Part shown: piece after piece, positions 7,557 through 16,405 of the stretch | Layout of the letters: every line of letters begins with the position of its first letter | Position numbering within the stretch: the first letter of the stretch is position 1 | Origin: Vibrio cholerae ATCC 14035 | GTDB lineage: Bacteria; Pseudomonadota; Gammaproteobacteria; Enterobacterales; Vibrionaceae | Direction: 5' to 3' | Assembly (NCBI RefSeq): GCF_000621645.1 | Contig: NZ_JHXR01000011.1 | Coordinates: 1-32,000 of the forward strand | Length of the DNA stretch: 32,000 bases | Translations under genes and position numbers: made by a program | Notes under the pieces: generated by a model | The model's input: only the letters and a program-made list of their open reading frames with translations | Database searches by the model: none | Told to the model about the DNA's origin: nothing

Positions 7557-8966
7557 TTACACAGAGTAGTACAGTTCAAACTCAAGTGGATGAACAGCAA
7601 CGTTCACGCGCTCAACATCTTTGGTCTTCAGTGCGATGTAAGAATCAATGAAGTCATCTGAGAACACGCCACCGGCAGTGAGGAACTCACGGTCTGCATC
7701 CAGATACTGCAGAGCTTGTTGCAGTGATTCCGCTACTTTTGGAATCTCTGCCGCTTCTTCTGCTGGTAAGTCATACAGATCTTTGTCCATCGCTTCTCCT
7801 GGGTGGATCTTGTTCTTGATACCGTCAAGACCCGCCATCAGCATAGCTGCAAACGCCAAGTATGGGTTAGCTGCTGGATCTGGGAAGCGAACTTCAATAC
7901 GACGTGCTTTCGGGCTTGGTACCACTGGGATACGGATAGATGCCGAACGGTTACGCGCAGAGTAAGCCAGCATTACTGGTGCTTCATAGTGAGGAACCAG
8001 ACGCTTGTAGGAGTTGGTGGATGGGTTAGTGATCGCATTCAGCGCGCGAGCGTGCTTGATGATACCACCAATGTAGTACAGTGCGGTTTCAGATAGGCCG
8101 CCGTACTTATCACCCGCAAACAGGTTAACGCCGTCTTTCGCGAGAGATTGGTGAACGTGCATACCTGAGCCGTTATCGCCAACCAGTGGCTTAGGCATAA
8201 AGGTGGCTGTTTTACCAAAAGCGTGCGCAACGTTGTGTACAACGTACTTGTAGATTTGGATCTCGTCTGCTTTCGTGGTGAGCGTGTTAAAGCGAGTCGC
8301 GATTTCGTTCTGACCCGCAGTGGCTACTTCATGGTGGTGCGCTTCAACAACCAGACCCATTTCTTCCATGATCAAACACATCGCTGAGCGGATGTCTTGT
8401 GATGAGTCAACAGGAGCAACTGGGAAGTAACCGCCTTTTACGCCTGGACGGTGACCTTTGTTACCATCTTCGTATTCAGTACCTGTGTTCCATGCCGCTT
8501 CTACGTCGTCAATCTTGAAGAATGAACCAGACATGTTGGTGGCGAATTTCACATCGTCAAACAGGAAGAATTCTGGCTCTGGACCGACAAGAACTGTGTC
8601 TGCGATACCCGTAGAGCGCATATATTCTTCTGCACGTTTTGCGATAGAACGTGGGTCACGATCGTAACCTTGCATAGTCGCAGGTTCTAAGATGTCACAA
8701 CGAATGTTCAGCGTAGCATCTTCAGTGAATGGGTCGAGCACAGCGGAAGATGGATCTGGCATCATCACCATGTCGGATTCGTTGATACCTTTCCAGCCAG
8801 CCACAGAAGAACCATCGAACATTTTACCGTCTTCGAAGAAGTCAGCATCAATTTGGTGAGCAGGGATAGAGATATGTTGTTCTTTACCCTTGGTGTCTGT
8901 GAAGCGTAGGTCAACAAACTTAACTTCGTTTTCTTGGATCAGCGATAAAACATTTTCTACTGACAT
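7557..8966 (-). CDS. glnA: Glutamine synthetase type I
   Basis: The 469-aa ORF matches GlnA-I along its full length ([31 protein letters not shown]...). The adenylylation-site context [10 protein letters not shown] is present. A GGAGG Shine-Dalgarno sequence lies 9 nt upstream of the ATG. Confidence 0.97.
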   Translation of the reverse strand: MSVENVLSLIQENEVKFVDLRFTDTKGKEQHISIPAHQIDADFFEDGKMFDGSSVAGWKGINESDMVMMPDPSSAVLDPFTEDATLNIRCDILEPATMQGYDRDPRSIAKRAEEYMRSTGIADTVLVGPEPEFFLFDDVKFATNMSGSFFKIDDVEAAWNTGTEYEDGNKGHRPGVKGGYFPVAPVDSSQDIRSAMCLIMEEMGLVVEAHHHEVATAGQNEIATRFNTLTTKADEIQIYKYVVHNVAHAFGKTATFMPKPLVGDNGSGMHVHQSLAKDGVNLFAGDKYGGLSETALYYIGGIIKHARALNAITNPSTNSYKRLVPHYEAPVMLAYSARNRSASIRIPVVPSPKARRIEVRFPDPAANPYLAFAAMLMAGLDGIKNKIHPGEAMDKDLYDLPAEEAAEIPKVAESLQQALQYLDADREFLTAGGVFSDDFIDSYIALKTKDVERVNVAVHPLEFELYYSV

Positions 8967-9070
8967 CTTGGATAACCTCCGGTGTTAATAAGCGGTATGG
9001 GCTCGAGTCTTAAATAAAGTCGGCAAAGATTACTGCGTTGTACTATGGGTAACCGATGCTGAAATTAATA

Positions 9071-9087
9071 AAGCGAAAAGCGTGCCA
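9071..9087 (-). promoter_or_regulatory. sigma54 promoter (glnAp2-type) for glnA
   Basis: The minus strand reads TGGCACGCTTTTCGCTT. This has the same -24 GG / -12 GC spacing and the same unusual TCGC -12 element as E. coli glnAp2 (TGGCACAGATTTCGCT). It lies about 105-120 nt upstream of the glnA ATG. Confidence 0.8.
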
Positions 9088-9107
9088 TGTTTATAAATCC
9101 AATATAA

Positions 9108-9218
9108 TTCATGGTTTTGGTGCTGGAATGTTTGCTTTTTGATGAGCTTGTGCACCAAAAAGATCCTCAGTTGCACTATCATGGTGCGTATGCAGTTGCT
9201 CTGCACCATGTTTTACCA
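9108..9218. promoter_or_regulatory. Cluster of NtrC enhancer boxes upstream of glnAp2
   Basis: - One near-complete site, TGCACTATCATGGTGCG, at 9172-9188.
- Three sites with only one good half: ttcatggttttGGTGCT (9108-9124), TGCACCaaaaagatcct (9151-9167) and TGCACCatgttttacca (9202-9218).
- The sites lie roughly 50-150 bp upstream of the predicted sigma54 start, as in enterobacterial glnA. Confidence 0.6.
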
Positions 9219-9453
9219 AAACGTTTGCTATTTCGCGCTCAATCACTGGGGATGTCAATGGCTGTTAAGCCGGAAAAGTCAGAGATAAGTAAAGATAGCG
9301 AGCGAAATGAAGAAAAAGTCGACGATTTCAGCGCGACAGATCACATATTTCTAGGTTTTCCGCTAAAATCTGGTACATTATTGGCCGTTTTTGAACCATG
9401 TTCGGCGACTGTTTTAAGCAGCCAGCCTCAATGAAAAAGTGAAGCAAACCCCG

Positions 9454-11283
9454 ATGACCACTCCGCAAATTGAAAAATTAAGAAACATCGCGATTATCGC
9501 GCACGTTGACCACGGTAAGACGACCTTGGTTGACAAACTGCTCCAGCAATCCGGCACGTTAGAGTCTCGCGGTGATGTTGAAGAGCGAGTCATGGACTCG
9601 AACGACATTGAAAAAGAGCGTGGTATCACCATTTTGGCGAAAAACACCGCCATCAACTGGAATGATTACCGTATCAACATCGTAGACACCCCAGGACACG
9701 CGGACTTCGGTGGCGAAGTTGAGCGTATTATGTCGATGGTAGACTCAGTGCTGCTGATCGTTGACGCGGTAGATGGCCCGATGCCACAAACTCGCTTCGT
9801 AACCCAAAAAGCGTTTGCACACGGTTTGAAGCCAATCGTTGTGATTAACAAAATTGACCGTCCGGGCGCACGTCCTGATTGGGTTATGGATCAGGTATTT
9901 GACTTGTTCGACAACCTAGGTGCGACGGACGAACAGCTTGACTTCCAAGTGGTCTATGCTTCAGCGCTGAACGGTTGGGCAACTCTGGTTGAAGGCGAAA
10001 CGGGCGAGAACATGGAACCGCTGTTCCAAGCCATCGTGGATAACGTTGCGGCGCCACAAGTTGACCTTGATGGTCCACTGCAAATGCAAATTTCTCAGCT
10101 CGATTACAGCTCTTACGTAGGTGTTATCGGTGTTGGCCGTATCAAACGCGGTAAAGTAAAACCAAACCAACAAGTGACCGTTATCGGTGCGGATGGTAAG
10201 AAGCGTAACGGCAAAATCGGTACGGTTCTGGGCTACCTTGGCCTGCAACGTTCTGAAACTGACCAAGCCACCGCTGGCGACATCGTTGCGGTAACTGGTC
10301 TGGGTGAGCTGAAAATCTCTGACACTATCTGTGATGTGAATGCTCTAGAAGCGCTGCCACCACTGAGCGTTGATGAGCCAACCGTAACCATGACCTTCCA
10401 AGTGAACACCTCTCCATTCGCGGGTAAAGAAGGTAAGTTCGTGACTTCACGTAATATCCTTGAGCGTCTGGAAAAAGAGCTGGTACACAACGTAGCACTG
10501 CGTGTTGAACAAACGGAAGATCCAGACAAATTCCGTGTTTCAGGCCGTGGTGAACTTCACCTATCGATCCTGATCGAAAACATGCGTCGTGAAGGCTTTG
10601 AGCTGGCAGTATCTCGTCCAGAAGTTATTCTGAAGCACGAAGACGGCCAACTGATGGAACCGTTTGAAACGGTCACCATCGACGTGCAAGAAGAGCACCA
10701 AGGCGGCATCATGGAGAAAATCGGCATGCGTAAAGGTGAGCTGAAAGACATGTCTCCAGATGGCAAAGGCCGTATCCGTATGGATTTTGTGATGCCTTCT
10801 CGTGGTTTGATCGGCTTCCAAACTGAATTCATGACTCTGACGTCAGGTTCAGGTCTGCTGTACCATTCATTTGACCACTACGGTCCACACAAAGGCGGCG
10901 TAATCGGTCAGCGTGTAAACGGTGTTCTGGTTTCTAACGGTACGGGTAAAGCGCTAACGAACGCGCTGTTCAACCTGCAAGAGCGTGGTCGTATGTTCAT
11001 TGGTCACGGTGTTGAAGTTTACGAAGGTATGGTGATCGGTATTCACAGCCGTGATAACGACCTGACAGTAAACCCACTGAAAGGTAAGCAACTGACCAAC
11101 GTTCGTGCTTCGGGTACTGATGATGCGCAGGTTCTAACGCCGCCAATCATTATGTCTCTTGAGCAAGCTCTGGAATTCATCGATGACGACGAACTGGTAG
11201 AAGTAACGCCAGTGAGCATTCGTATCCGTAAACGCTTCCTGACCGAAAACGATCGTAAGCGTGCTTCTCGTGATGCGAAGTAA
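9454..11283 (+). CDS. typA: Ribosome-binding translational GTPase TypA/BipA
   Basis: The ORF matches the BipA family along its full length, with G motifs [14 protein letters not shown] and NKID. ATG at 9454 gives [23 protein letters not shown], compared with E. coli [19 protein letters not shown]. The track start at GTG 9439 would add 5 codons and cannot be excluded. Confidence 0.95.
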   Translation: MTTPQIEKLRNIAIIAHVDHGKTTLVDKLLQQSGTLESRGDVEERVMDSNDIEKERGITILAKNTAINWNDYRINIVDTPGHADFGGEVERIMSMVDSVLLIVDAVDGPMPQTRFVTQKAFAHGLKPIVVINKIDRPGARPDWVMDQVFDLFDNLGATDEQLDFQVVYASALNGWATLVEGETGENMEPLFQAIVDNVAAPQVDLDGPLQMQISQLDYSSYVGVIGVGRIKRGKVKPNQQVTVIGADGKKRNGKIGTVLGYLGLQRSETDQATAGDIVAVTGLGELKISDTICDVNALEALPPLSVDEPTVTMTFQVNTSPFAGKEGKFVTSRNILERLEKELVHNVALRVEQTEDPDKFRVSGRGELHLSILIENMRREGFELAVSRPEVILKHEDGQLMEPFETVTIDVQEEHQGGIMEKIGMRKGELKDMSPDGKGRIRMDFVMPSRGLIGFQTEFMTLTSGSGLLYHSFDHYGPHKGGVIGQRVNGVLVSNGTGKALTNALFNLQERGRMFIGHGVEVYEGMVIGIHSRDNDLTVNPLKGKQLTNVRASGTDDAQVLTPPIIMSLEQALEFIDDDELVEVTPVSIRIRKRFLTENDRKRASRDAK

Positions 11284-11316
11284 TCACTGACTTTCGTTTG
11301 GTAAGATAAGTCATCT

Positions 11317-11354
11317 AAGCCCTTAGCTGTCGCCAGTTAAGGGCTTTATTTTTA
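11317..11354 (+). terminator. Putative terminator after typA
   Basis: aagccctta-(loop gctgtcgccag)-ttaagggctt, followed by tatttttac. The loop is rather large, hence moderate confidence. Confidence 0.55.
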
Positions 11355-11389
11355 CTGCGAGAGAATTGACTCTGGAGGAAAGGAATCGA

Positions 11390-11920
11390 ATGTCGATTGT
11401 GATTATTTCTGGCGGCCCAGGTGCTGGAAAAACCACTTTGTTGAATGCGCTGGCAGAGCGTGGCTATGCCACCTATCCAGAAATACCTCGCCAATTGATT
11501 GAGCAAGAAAGCTTAAAACAGGATGGCATTTTGCCTTGGCATGATTTGCTCGCCTTTGCCGAACTTTGCTATGACGCCATGTTGGTGCAAAAGCAGTCTG
11601 CGCAAAGTGCGTCGATGGCGTTTTTGGATCGCGCGATTCCCGATATTTGTGCGTACTTATTGGGCGCAGAATTGGCGGTGCCTGCCAAATATTGGTCAGC
11701 GAGCTCGGGCTATCATCCACAAGTGTTGATGTGTCAACCCAGCGCCATCACTTATCAACAAGATGAAGTACGACCATACACGCTCGAAGAGGCTGTGCAC
11801 ATTCATCACGGGTTAGTGAAGGCTTACTCAGGGCTAGGTTATCAGTGTATTGATGTGCCAATGGCATCGATTGAGCAACGTGTGGCATTTGTGTTAACCG
11901 CCTTATCCGTGGCAGGATAA
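11390..11920 (+). CDS. Small P-loop NTPase (AAA_28 / NadR-kinase-like family), function unknown
   Basis: The Walker A motif IISGGPGAGKTTLL sits at the extreme N-terminus, in a protein of about 176 aa. The track start is TTG 11366. ATG at 11390 is preceded by GGAGG 11 nt upstream, so I prefer it. Confidence 0.75.
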   Translation: MSIVIISGGPGAGKTTLLNALAERGYATYPEIPRQLIEQESLKQDGILPWHDLLAFAELCYDAMLVQKQSAQSASMAFLDRAIPDICAYLLGAELAVPAKYWSASSGYHPQVLMCQPSAITYQQDEVRPYTLEEAVHIHHGLVKAYSGLGYQCIDVPMASIEQRVAFVLTALSVAG

Positions 11921-11946
11921 CCGCAACCCACTGACAAGGATGAGCT

Positions 11947-12840
11947 ATGAAATTGACTCACTCTTTTATTAAGCAGCAGGCTCGATTGGGGCTGAACTTT
12001 TTCCGTTACTTATTGGCACGGATGAACCATGATCGAGTCAATGTGAATGCCGGTTATCTGGCTTATATCACCTTACTGTCTATGGTACCCATGTTGACGG
12101 TCTTGCTGTCGATCCTCTCTTCCTTTGCTCTTTTTGCGAACGCTGGAGAAGTAATCCAAGATTTTGTGATCACCCATTTTGTGCCTGCGGCGGGCGAAGT
12201 GGTCAAAACCGCGTTAATCGAGTTTGTTGCCAATACGGGCAAGATGACTGCCGTAGGCGGCGCGTTTTTGTTTGTTGCCGCCATCATGCTGATTTCCAAT
12301 ATCGATAAAAATTTGAACTATATTTGGCGGGTTCAGCAGAAGCGTCGCGCGGTGTTTTCGTTTTCCATGTACTGGATGATCCTGACGCTGGGACCAATTT
12401 TAGTTGGAGCCAGTATTGCCGCGACTTCGTATATCACCTCGCTCAAGATTTTAGATAACGAAGCGCTTTCCGGAGTGTATAACCTGTTTTTACGCTGGTT
12501 GCCGTTTGTGCTCTCTTACTGTGCCTTCGTCGGTCTATATCTGCTGGTGCCGAATAAAAAAGTCCACTGGCAGCATGCAATGCTGGGGGCTTTGATTGCC
12601 GCCATCTTGTTTGAGTTAAGCAAAAAAGGCTTTGCCGCTTATATTACTCAGTTTCCTTCTTATCAGTTGATATACGGCGCTCTTGCTGCGATTCCCATCC
12701 TCTTTGTTTGGGTGTATTTATGTTGGTTAATTGTGTTGGTGGGTGCTGAGGTGACGGCTGCTTTGGGCGAGCGTGAACACTGGAGTGACTCACAAGACAT
12801 GCTACACTTTGCACCATTACCAAAGAATGAAAAAGAATGA
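11947..12840 (+). CDS. yihY: YihY/BrkB-family inner-membrane protein (formerly mis-annotated RNase BN)
   Basis: 297-aa polytopic membrane protein. Conserved blocks match E. coli YihY: AGYLAYITLLSMVPMLTV, FVANTGKMTAVG, FSMYWMILTLGPILVGASIA. The yihY-dtd-yiiD gene order is the same as in E. coli. Confidence 0.9.
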   Translation: MKLTHSFIKQQARLGLNFFRYLLARMNHDRVNVNAGYLAYITLLSMVPMLTVLLSILSSFALFANAGEVIQDFVITHFVPAAGEVVKTALIEFVANTGKMTAVGGAFLFVAAIMLISNIDKNLNYIWRVQQKRRAVFSFSMYWMILTLGPILVGASIAATSYITSLKILDNEALSGVYNLFLRWLPFVLSYCAFVGLYLLVPNKKVHWQHAMLGALIAAILFELSKKGFAAYITQFPSYQLIYGALAAIPILFVWVYLCWLIVLVGAEVTAALGEREHWSDSQDMLHFAPLPKNEKE

Positions 12841-12857
12841 AGTAGAGGAAAAACAGA

Positions 12858-13292
12858 GTGATAGCACTGATCCAACGAGTAAGTGAAGCCGCAGTACGGG
12901 TTGATGGTGAAGTGGTCGGCGCAATTGATAAGGGACTTTTAGTGCTACTCGGTGTCGAACGTGAAGATGATGAAGCGAAAGCCAAGCGATTGGTTGAGCG
13001 AGTGACCAGCTATCGAGTGTTTGAAGATAGCGAAGGTAAGATGAATCTGAGCGTGAAAGATGTGGGTGGCAGTGTGTTAGTGGTGTCGCAATTTACGCTG
13101 CCAGCTGACACCAAAAAAGGGACTCGTGCTGGATTTTCGCGCGGCGCTGCCCCACAAGAGGCTGAGCGGTTATATGATTATTTCTCTGACCTGTGTGCCC
13201 AGATTTTGCCAACCGAGCGCGGCCGTTTTGCGGCGGATATGAAAGTGTCACTGATCAATGATGGGCCGGTGACGTTTTGGCTACAGGCTTAA
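12858..13292 (+). CDS. dtd: D-aminoacyl-tRNA deacylase
   Basis: 144-aa ORF with the MIALIQRV N-terminus, the SQFTL motif ([11 protein letters not shown]) and the C-terminal NDGPVTFWL motif. The start is GTG, with GAGGAA upstream. Confidence 0.95.
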   Translation: MIALIQRVSEAAVRVDGEVVGAIDKGLLVLLGVEREDDEAKAKRLVERVTSYRVFEDSEGKMNLSVKDVGGSVLVVSQFTLPADTKKGTRAGFSRGAAPQEAERLYDYFSDLCAQILPTERGRFAADMKVSLINDGPVTFWLQA

Positions 13293-13364
13293 TTTGCCTC
13301 GTGTTACCAAATGAATAACCAAGCGTGTCTTGCGTAAGGTAAGGCACCTGTTCAGGGATTGAGT

Positions 13365-14291
13365 ATGTTTAAACTTATTACGCCGACCACGGATAATCAG
13401 CTCAATAAGTACTTCCATTTTCGTTGGCAAATGTTGCGCGAGCCGTGGCGGATGCCGATCGGTTCTGAGCGTGATGAATACGATTCGATGAGTCACCACC
13501 GGATGATTGTCGACAGCCGTGGCTATCCGATGGCGATTGGTCGTCTCTACATTACCCCCGATTGTGAGGGGCAGATACGCTATATGGCGGTGAAAGCCAA
13601 TCGCCGCTCTAAAGGTATGGGGTCTTTGATTTTGGTCGCTTTGGAGTCCTTAGCGCGCCAAGAAGGCGCCAAGCGTTTAGTGTGTAATGCCCGTGAAGAT
13701 GCGATTCCGTTTTATGCTAAAAATGGTTTTGAGCGTCGGGGGGAATTAACCGATGAACGTGGCCCGGTGCGCCATCAACAAATGGTGAAAACCCTCGACC
13801 CGATGGCCAATGTGCTGCGTAAGCCGGAGTGGTGTACGGAACTGCAAGATCGCTGGGGCAAGCATATTCCGATCAGCGATAAGATGGGGATCAAGATCCA
13901 GCAATACACGGGCTACCAATTCCAGTGCTGCGCGCAGCTTAATCCGAATCTCAACCCACATAACACTTTATTTGCTGGTTCGGCGTTTACCCTCGCCACC
14001 TTGACTGGTTGGGGAATGGCGTGGCTATTAATGCGTGAGCGCGATCTGCAGGGGGATATTGTGTTGGTGGATAGTCATATTCGTTATCGCCACCCTGTAG
14101 TGCAAAATCCGGTGGCATCGACGTCGCTTGATGGGATCAGTGGCGATTTAGATCGCTTAGAGTCAGGGCGCAAAGCACGTATTGTCGTACGGGTTATCAT
14201 CTCCAGCGGAGAGGTTGAAGCGATTGAGTTTATTGGGACCTATATGCTAATCCCGAACTACAAAGCGTTGGTGGCGCAAAAATCGTCATAG
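13365..14291 (+). CDS. yiiD: GNAT acetyltransferase fused to a YiiD_C thioesterase-like (hot-dog) domain; YiiD/FabY homologue
   Basis: The N-terminal GNAT core is RYMAVKANRRSKGMGSLIL...FYAKNGF. The C-terminal half of about 150 aa occupies the same position after dtd as E. coli yiiD. The track start is TTG 13359; I prefer ATG 13365. Confidence 0.75.
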   Translation: MFKLITPTTDNQLNKYFHFRWQMLREPWRMPIGSERDEYDSMSHHRMIVDSRGYPMAIGRLYITPDCEGQIRYMAVKANRRSKGMGSLILVALESLARQEGAKRLVCNAREDAIPFYAKNGFERRGELTDERGPVRHQQMVKTLDPMANVLRKPEWCTELQDRWGKHIPISDKMGIKIQQYTGYQFQCCAQLNPNLNPHNTLFAGSAFTLATLTGWGMAWLLMRERDLQGDIVLVDSHIRYRHPVVQNPVASTSLDGISGDLDRLESGRKARIVVRVIISSGEVEAIEFIGTYMLIPNYKALVAQKSS

Positions 14292-14332
14292 CTTCACCGA
14301 GTTCATCGCTTCCAGTGCAAGTTCGCAGCGCA

Positions 14333-16219
14333 TTATGGCGCGCTGCGACAATCTTGACTGACTAATTCCGCTTGTTGGAAATCCCAGCTTAACCCTAAAC
14401 ACTGATCGGCCCACGCTTGTTGGATCGTCAATTGCCATTGGCCTTGCTCTGGTTCTAATAGGTCGGTACTTCCCCCTAACTGAGCGTTTAAATTTGGCCC
14501 TCTAAGCGGCGTTGGTGTGATGGTTATGCGTCCTCTGTCAGCGCTTACCGCGAGATCGTCTAGCTCGAAAGGCTGGATGATCAGCGTGTTATCACTGCGC
14601 AGTGAGAGTAAGCCTTGACGCAGATTCAGTTGTAGTTGGCCATCAAGCGAATGCGCCAGCATGGTGCGATCTCCCGCTATGCCTTGCGCGGTCAAGCTAA
14701 TGTCGGCCAGCGCTTCCAAACCAAACGGCAGCTTGAACCAAGATTGTAGCGGACCTATCGGCAGAGAGTCGGCATCAAGAGAGAGCTGCCACGGGGCGCT
14801 GAGCGAGGTTAAGTCCCATTTTGCATGTGCTTCAACATAGCCTCGCTCAAGCGGCAGAAAGGCGCGGGTAAGCTGCCATACGCCTTGCTCACTGCGCATA
14901 TTGAGCACACCTTGTGTACTCAGAACGCCTGCATAGCTGGCGCTGTTGGCGGTCACTGAGAGTTGGCCTTGCCAAAAGCCCCATTGACTCTCTTTCACCC
15001 ATTGCAGATTTTTTCCATCGGCATTCAGCCCCGAGGCTTGCCAAAATGGCCGATTAACGGTTTGAATCATCTGTAGGTTATTGATATCCAAATGCTCAAT
15101 TTGCAAGTTTTGCCAAGCGGGGAGTGGTTGGGAGAAAGGTAAGAGATCTTGCGGCTGTTCAGCAATCCATTTCACCCCAGTGATGGTTAATTGGGCAAGG
15201 TTGAGGCTCGTTTCCGTGATATGGCCTTTGACCTGTACATCGCCTTGCCAAACTTGGCTATGCCCATCAAGCTCTATTCCTTGCGGGGTAAGGGTCAGTT
15301 CAGCACTCGGTTCGACCCATTGGGTTGCAAGCCACTGCGCTGAATCCGCATTCAAGGAGAGGTAAGCTTGCTGCTGTTGCCAGAGACTGTGCCGCAAATC
15401 GTAGTCTTCCACAGAGAGATTGAGGTTCTCCCACGCCACACCGTTGAGAGTGAGTTGGCTATTGAGCAGATCTAAACTGTTGATGTGATAAATACTGGGC
15501 GCAATTGTTTGCCACAACGAGTGGTGACGCCACTCATCGAGATTGAGGTTAAGACGACTGAGAGTCACATTGATCAGCGACCAGCCTTGTGGATACTGTT
15601 CCGCTTGTCCTGAAATGGGGCTATTGCGCCAGTTGAACGAAAACCCGTACACGGTACTGTCTTGGGCTTGGTAATTGGCATCAACCAGCACTTGATTAAA
15701 TGCTTCACCATCGATAGTGATTTGGTCGGCCGCGAGCTGAATTTTTCCGTACGGTAACTGCTGTTGGGGTGAGTCCCAAACTGGCTGCTTGATCTGTAAG
15801 CTGACGCCACGCGCGATAATCCCTTGGTCAGCCCAGTCAATATTGTGCAGCGCCAGTTGGTTGAGATGGACAGATTCCGGCAAGGTAAAATTGGGTAAAC
15901 CGTGGGCGAGGTTAGCGCCATCAATTAATACGCTATCGATTTCGAGTTGTTGTTCAAGCAAGCCATAAGGATTCAGCCACAAATCCATTTGCTGTAATTC
16001 AATGGTGGGTTCGCTGGCGATTTGCACCCCGCTCAAGCGCAGTTTAAACGGATAAAGGTATTCGATTTTGGCAAAGCGCAGCGTTTCCGGCCACAACTGC
16101 TGCACAATCCATTGTGCGGAGGGCGTGAAGTAGCGAGTATGCATAATGCCAAATCCCGCTAAGACTAAAATCAGTAGTAGTGCGATGCCTGCGACACCAA
16201 TCGCCAGTATTTTTCTCAT
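14333..16219 (-). CDS. Envelope protein with a single N-terminal membrane anchor, AsmA-family-like (function unproven)
   Basis: 628-aa ORF with an ATG start. It has one N-terminal TM segment (ILAIGVAGIALLLILVLAGFGI) followed by a long, visibly Trp/Gln/Leu-rich, predicted beta-rich periplasmic region. The size and architecture resemble AsmA/YicH/YhjG-type proteins. This family assignment comes from pattern recognition only. Confidence 0.55.
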   Translation of the reverse strand: MRKILAIGVAGIALLLILVLAGFGIMHTRYFTPSAQWIVQQLWPETLRFAKIEYLYPFKLRLSGVQIASEPTIELQQMDLWLNPYGLLEQQLEIDSVLIDGANLAHGLPNFTLPESVHLNQLALHNIDWADQGIIARGVSLQIKQPVWDSPQQQLPYGKIQLAADQITIDGEAFNQVLVDANYQAQDSTVYGFSFNWRNSPISGQAEQYPQGWSLINVTLSRLNLNLDEWRHHSLWQTIAPSIYHINSLDLLNSQLTLNGVAWENLNLSVEDYDLRHSLWQQQQAYLSLNADSAQWLATQWVEPSAELTLTPQGIELDGHSQVWQGDVQVKGHITETSLNLAQLTITGVKWIAEQPQDLLPFSQPLPAWQNLQIEHLDINNLQMIQTVNRPFWQASGLNADGKNLQWVKESQWGFWQGQLSVTANSASYAGVLSTQGVLNMRSEQGVWQLTRAFLPLERGYVEAHAKWDLTSLSAPWQLSLDADSLPIGPLQSWFKLPFGLEALADISLTAQGIAGDRTMLAHSLDGQLQLNLRQGLLSLRSDNTLIIQPFELDDLAVSADRGRITITPTPLRGPNLNAQLGGSTDLLEPEQGQWQLTIQQAWADQCLGLSWDFQQAELVSQDCRSAP

Positions 16220-16343
16220 AGTCCCTGCGTTGCTATCATCAAAATTTTGCCAGCACAGAAGATACGGAGTGGCTGGCAGCCTGAGTTGTTAAATTGTACC
16301 GTATTCTCATCCTCAGCTTGGAGTAAAGCATGAGAGACAGCAA

Positions 16344-16370
16344 CAAAAAAAGCCCCTCGAAAGAGGGGCT
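16344..16370 (-). terminator. Rho-independent terminator downstream of pckA
   Basis: The plus strand reads aaaaaaaa-gcccctc-gaaa-gaggggc. Read on the minus strand, this is a GC hairpin followed by an 8-U run, 36 nt past the pckA stop codon. Confidence 0.9.
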
Positions 16371-16405
16371 TGCTACTCAGTTATCACTTTTCGGTCAATT
16401 TGCCT

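Noticed and set aside
9111-9434. 107-aa plus-strand ORF in the glnA-typA intergenic region
   Set aside because: Its 5' third is made of the NtrC enhancer boxes of glnA. It has no convincing ribosome-binding site at the track start and no recognisable domain. It is most likely non-coding. Only the 3' part is kept, as a low-interest small-ORF hypothesis.
14323-14348. 9-bp inverted repeat (tcgcagcgc / gcgctgcga) between convergent yiiD and the AsmA-like gene
   Set aside because: It overlaps the stop codon and 3' end of the AsmA-like ORF and has no flanking U/A tracts. It may help termination of the convergent transcripts, but it cannot be called a terminator with confidence.
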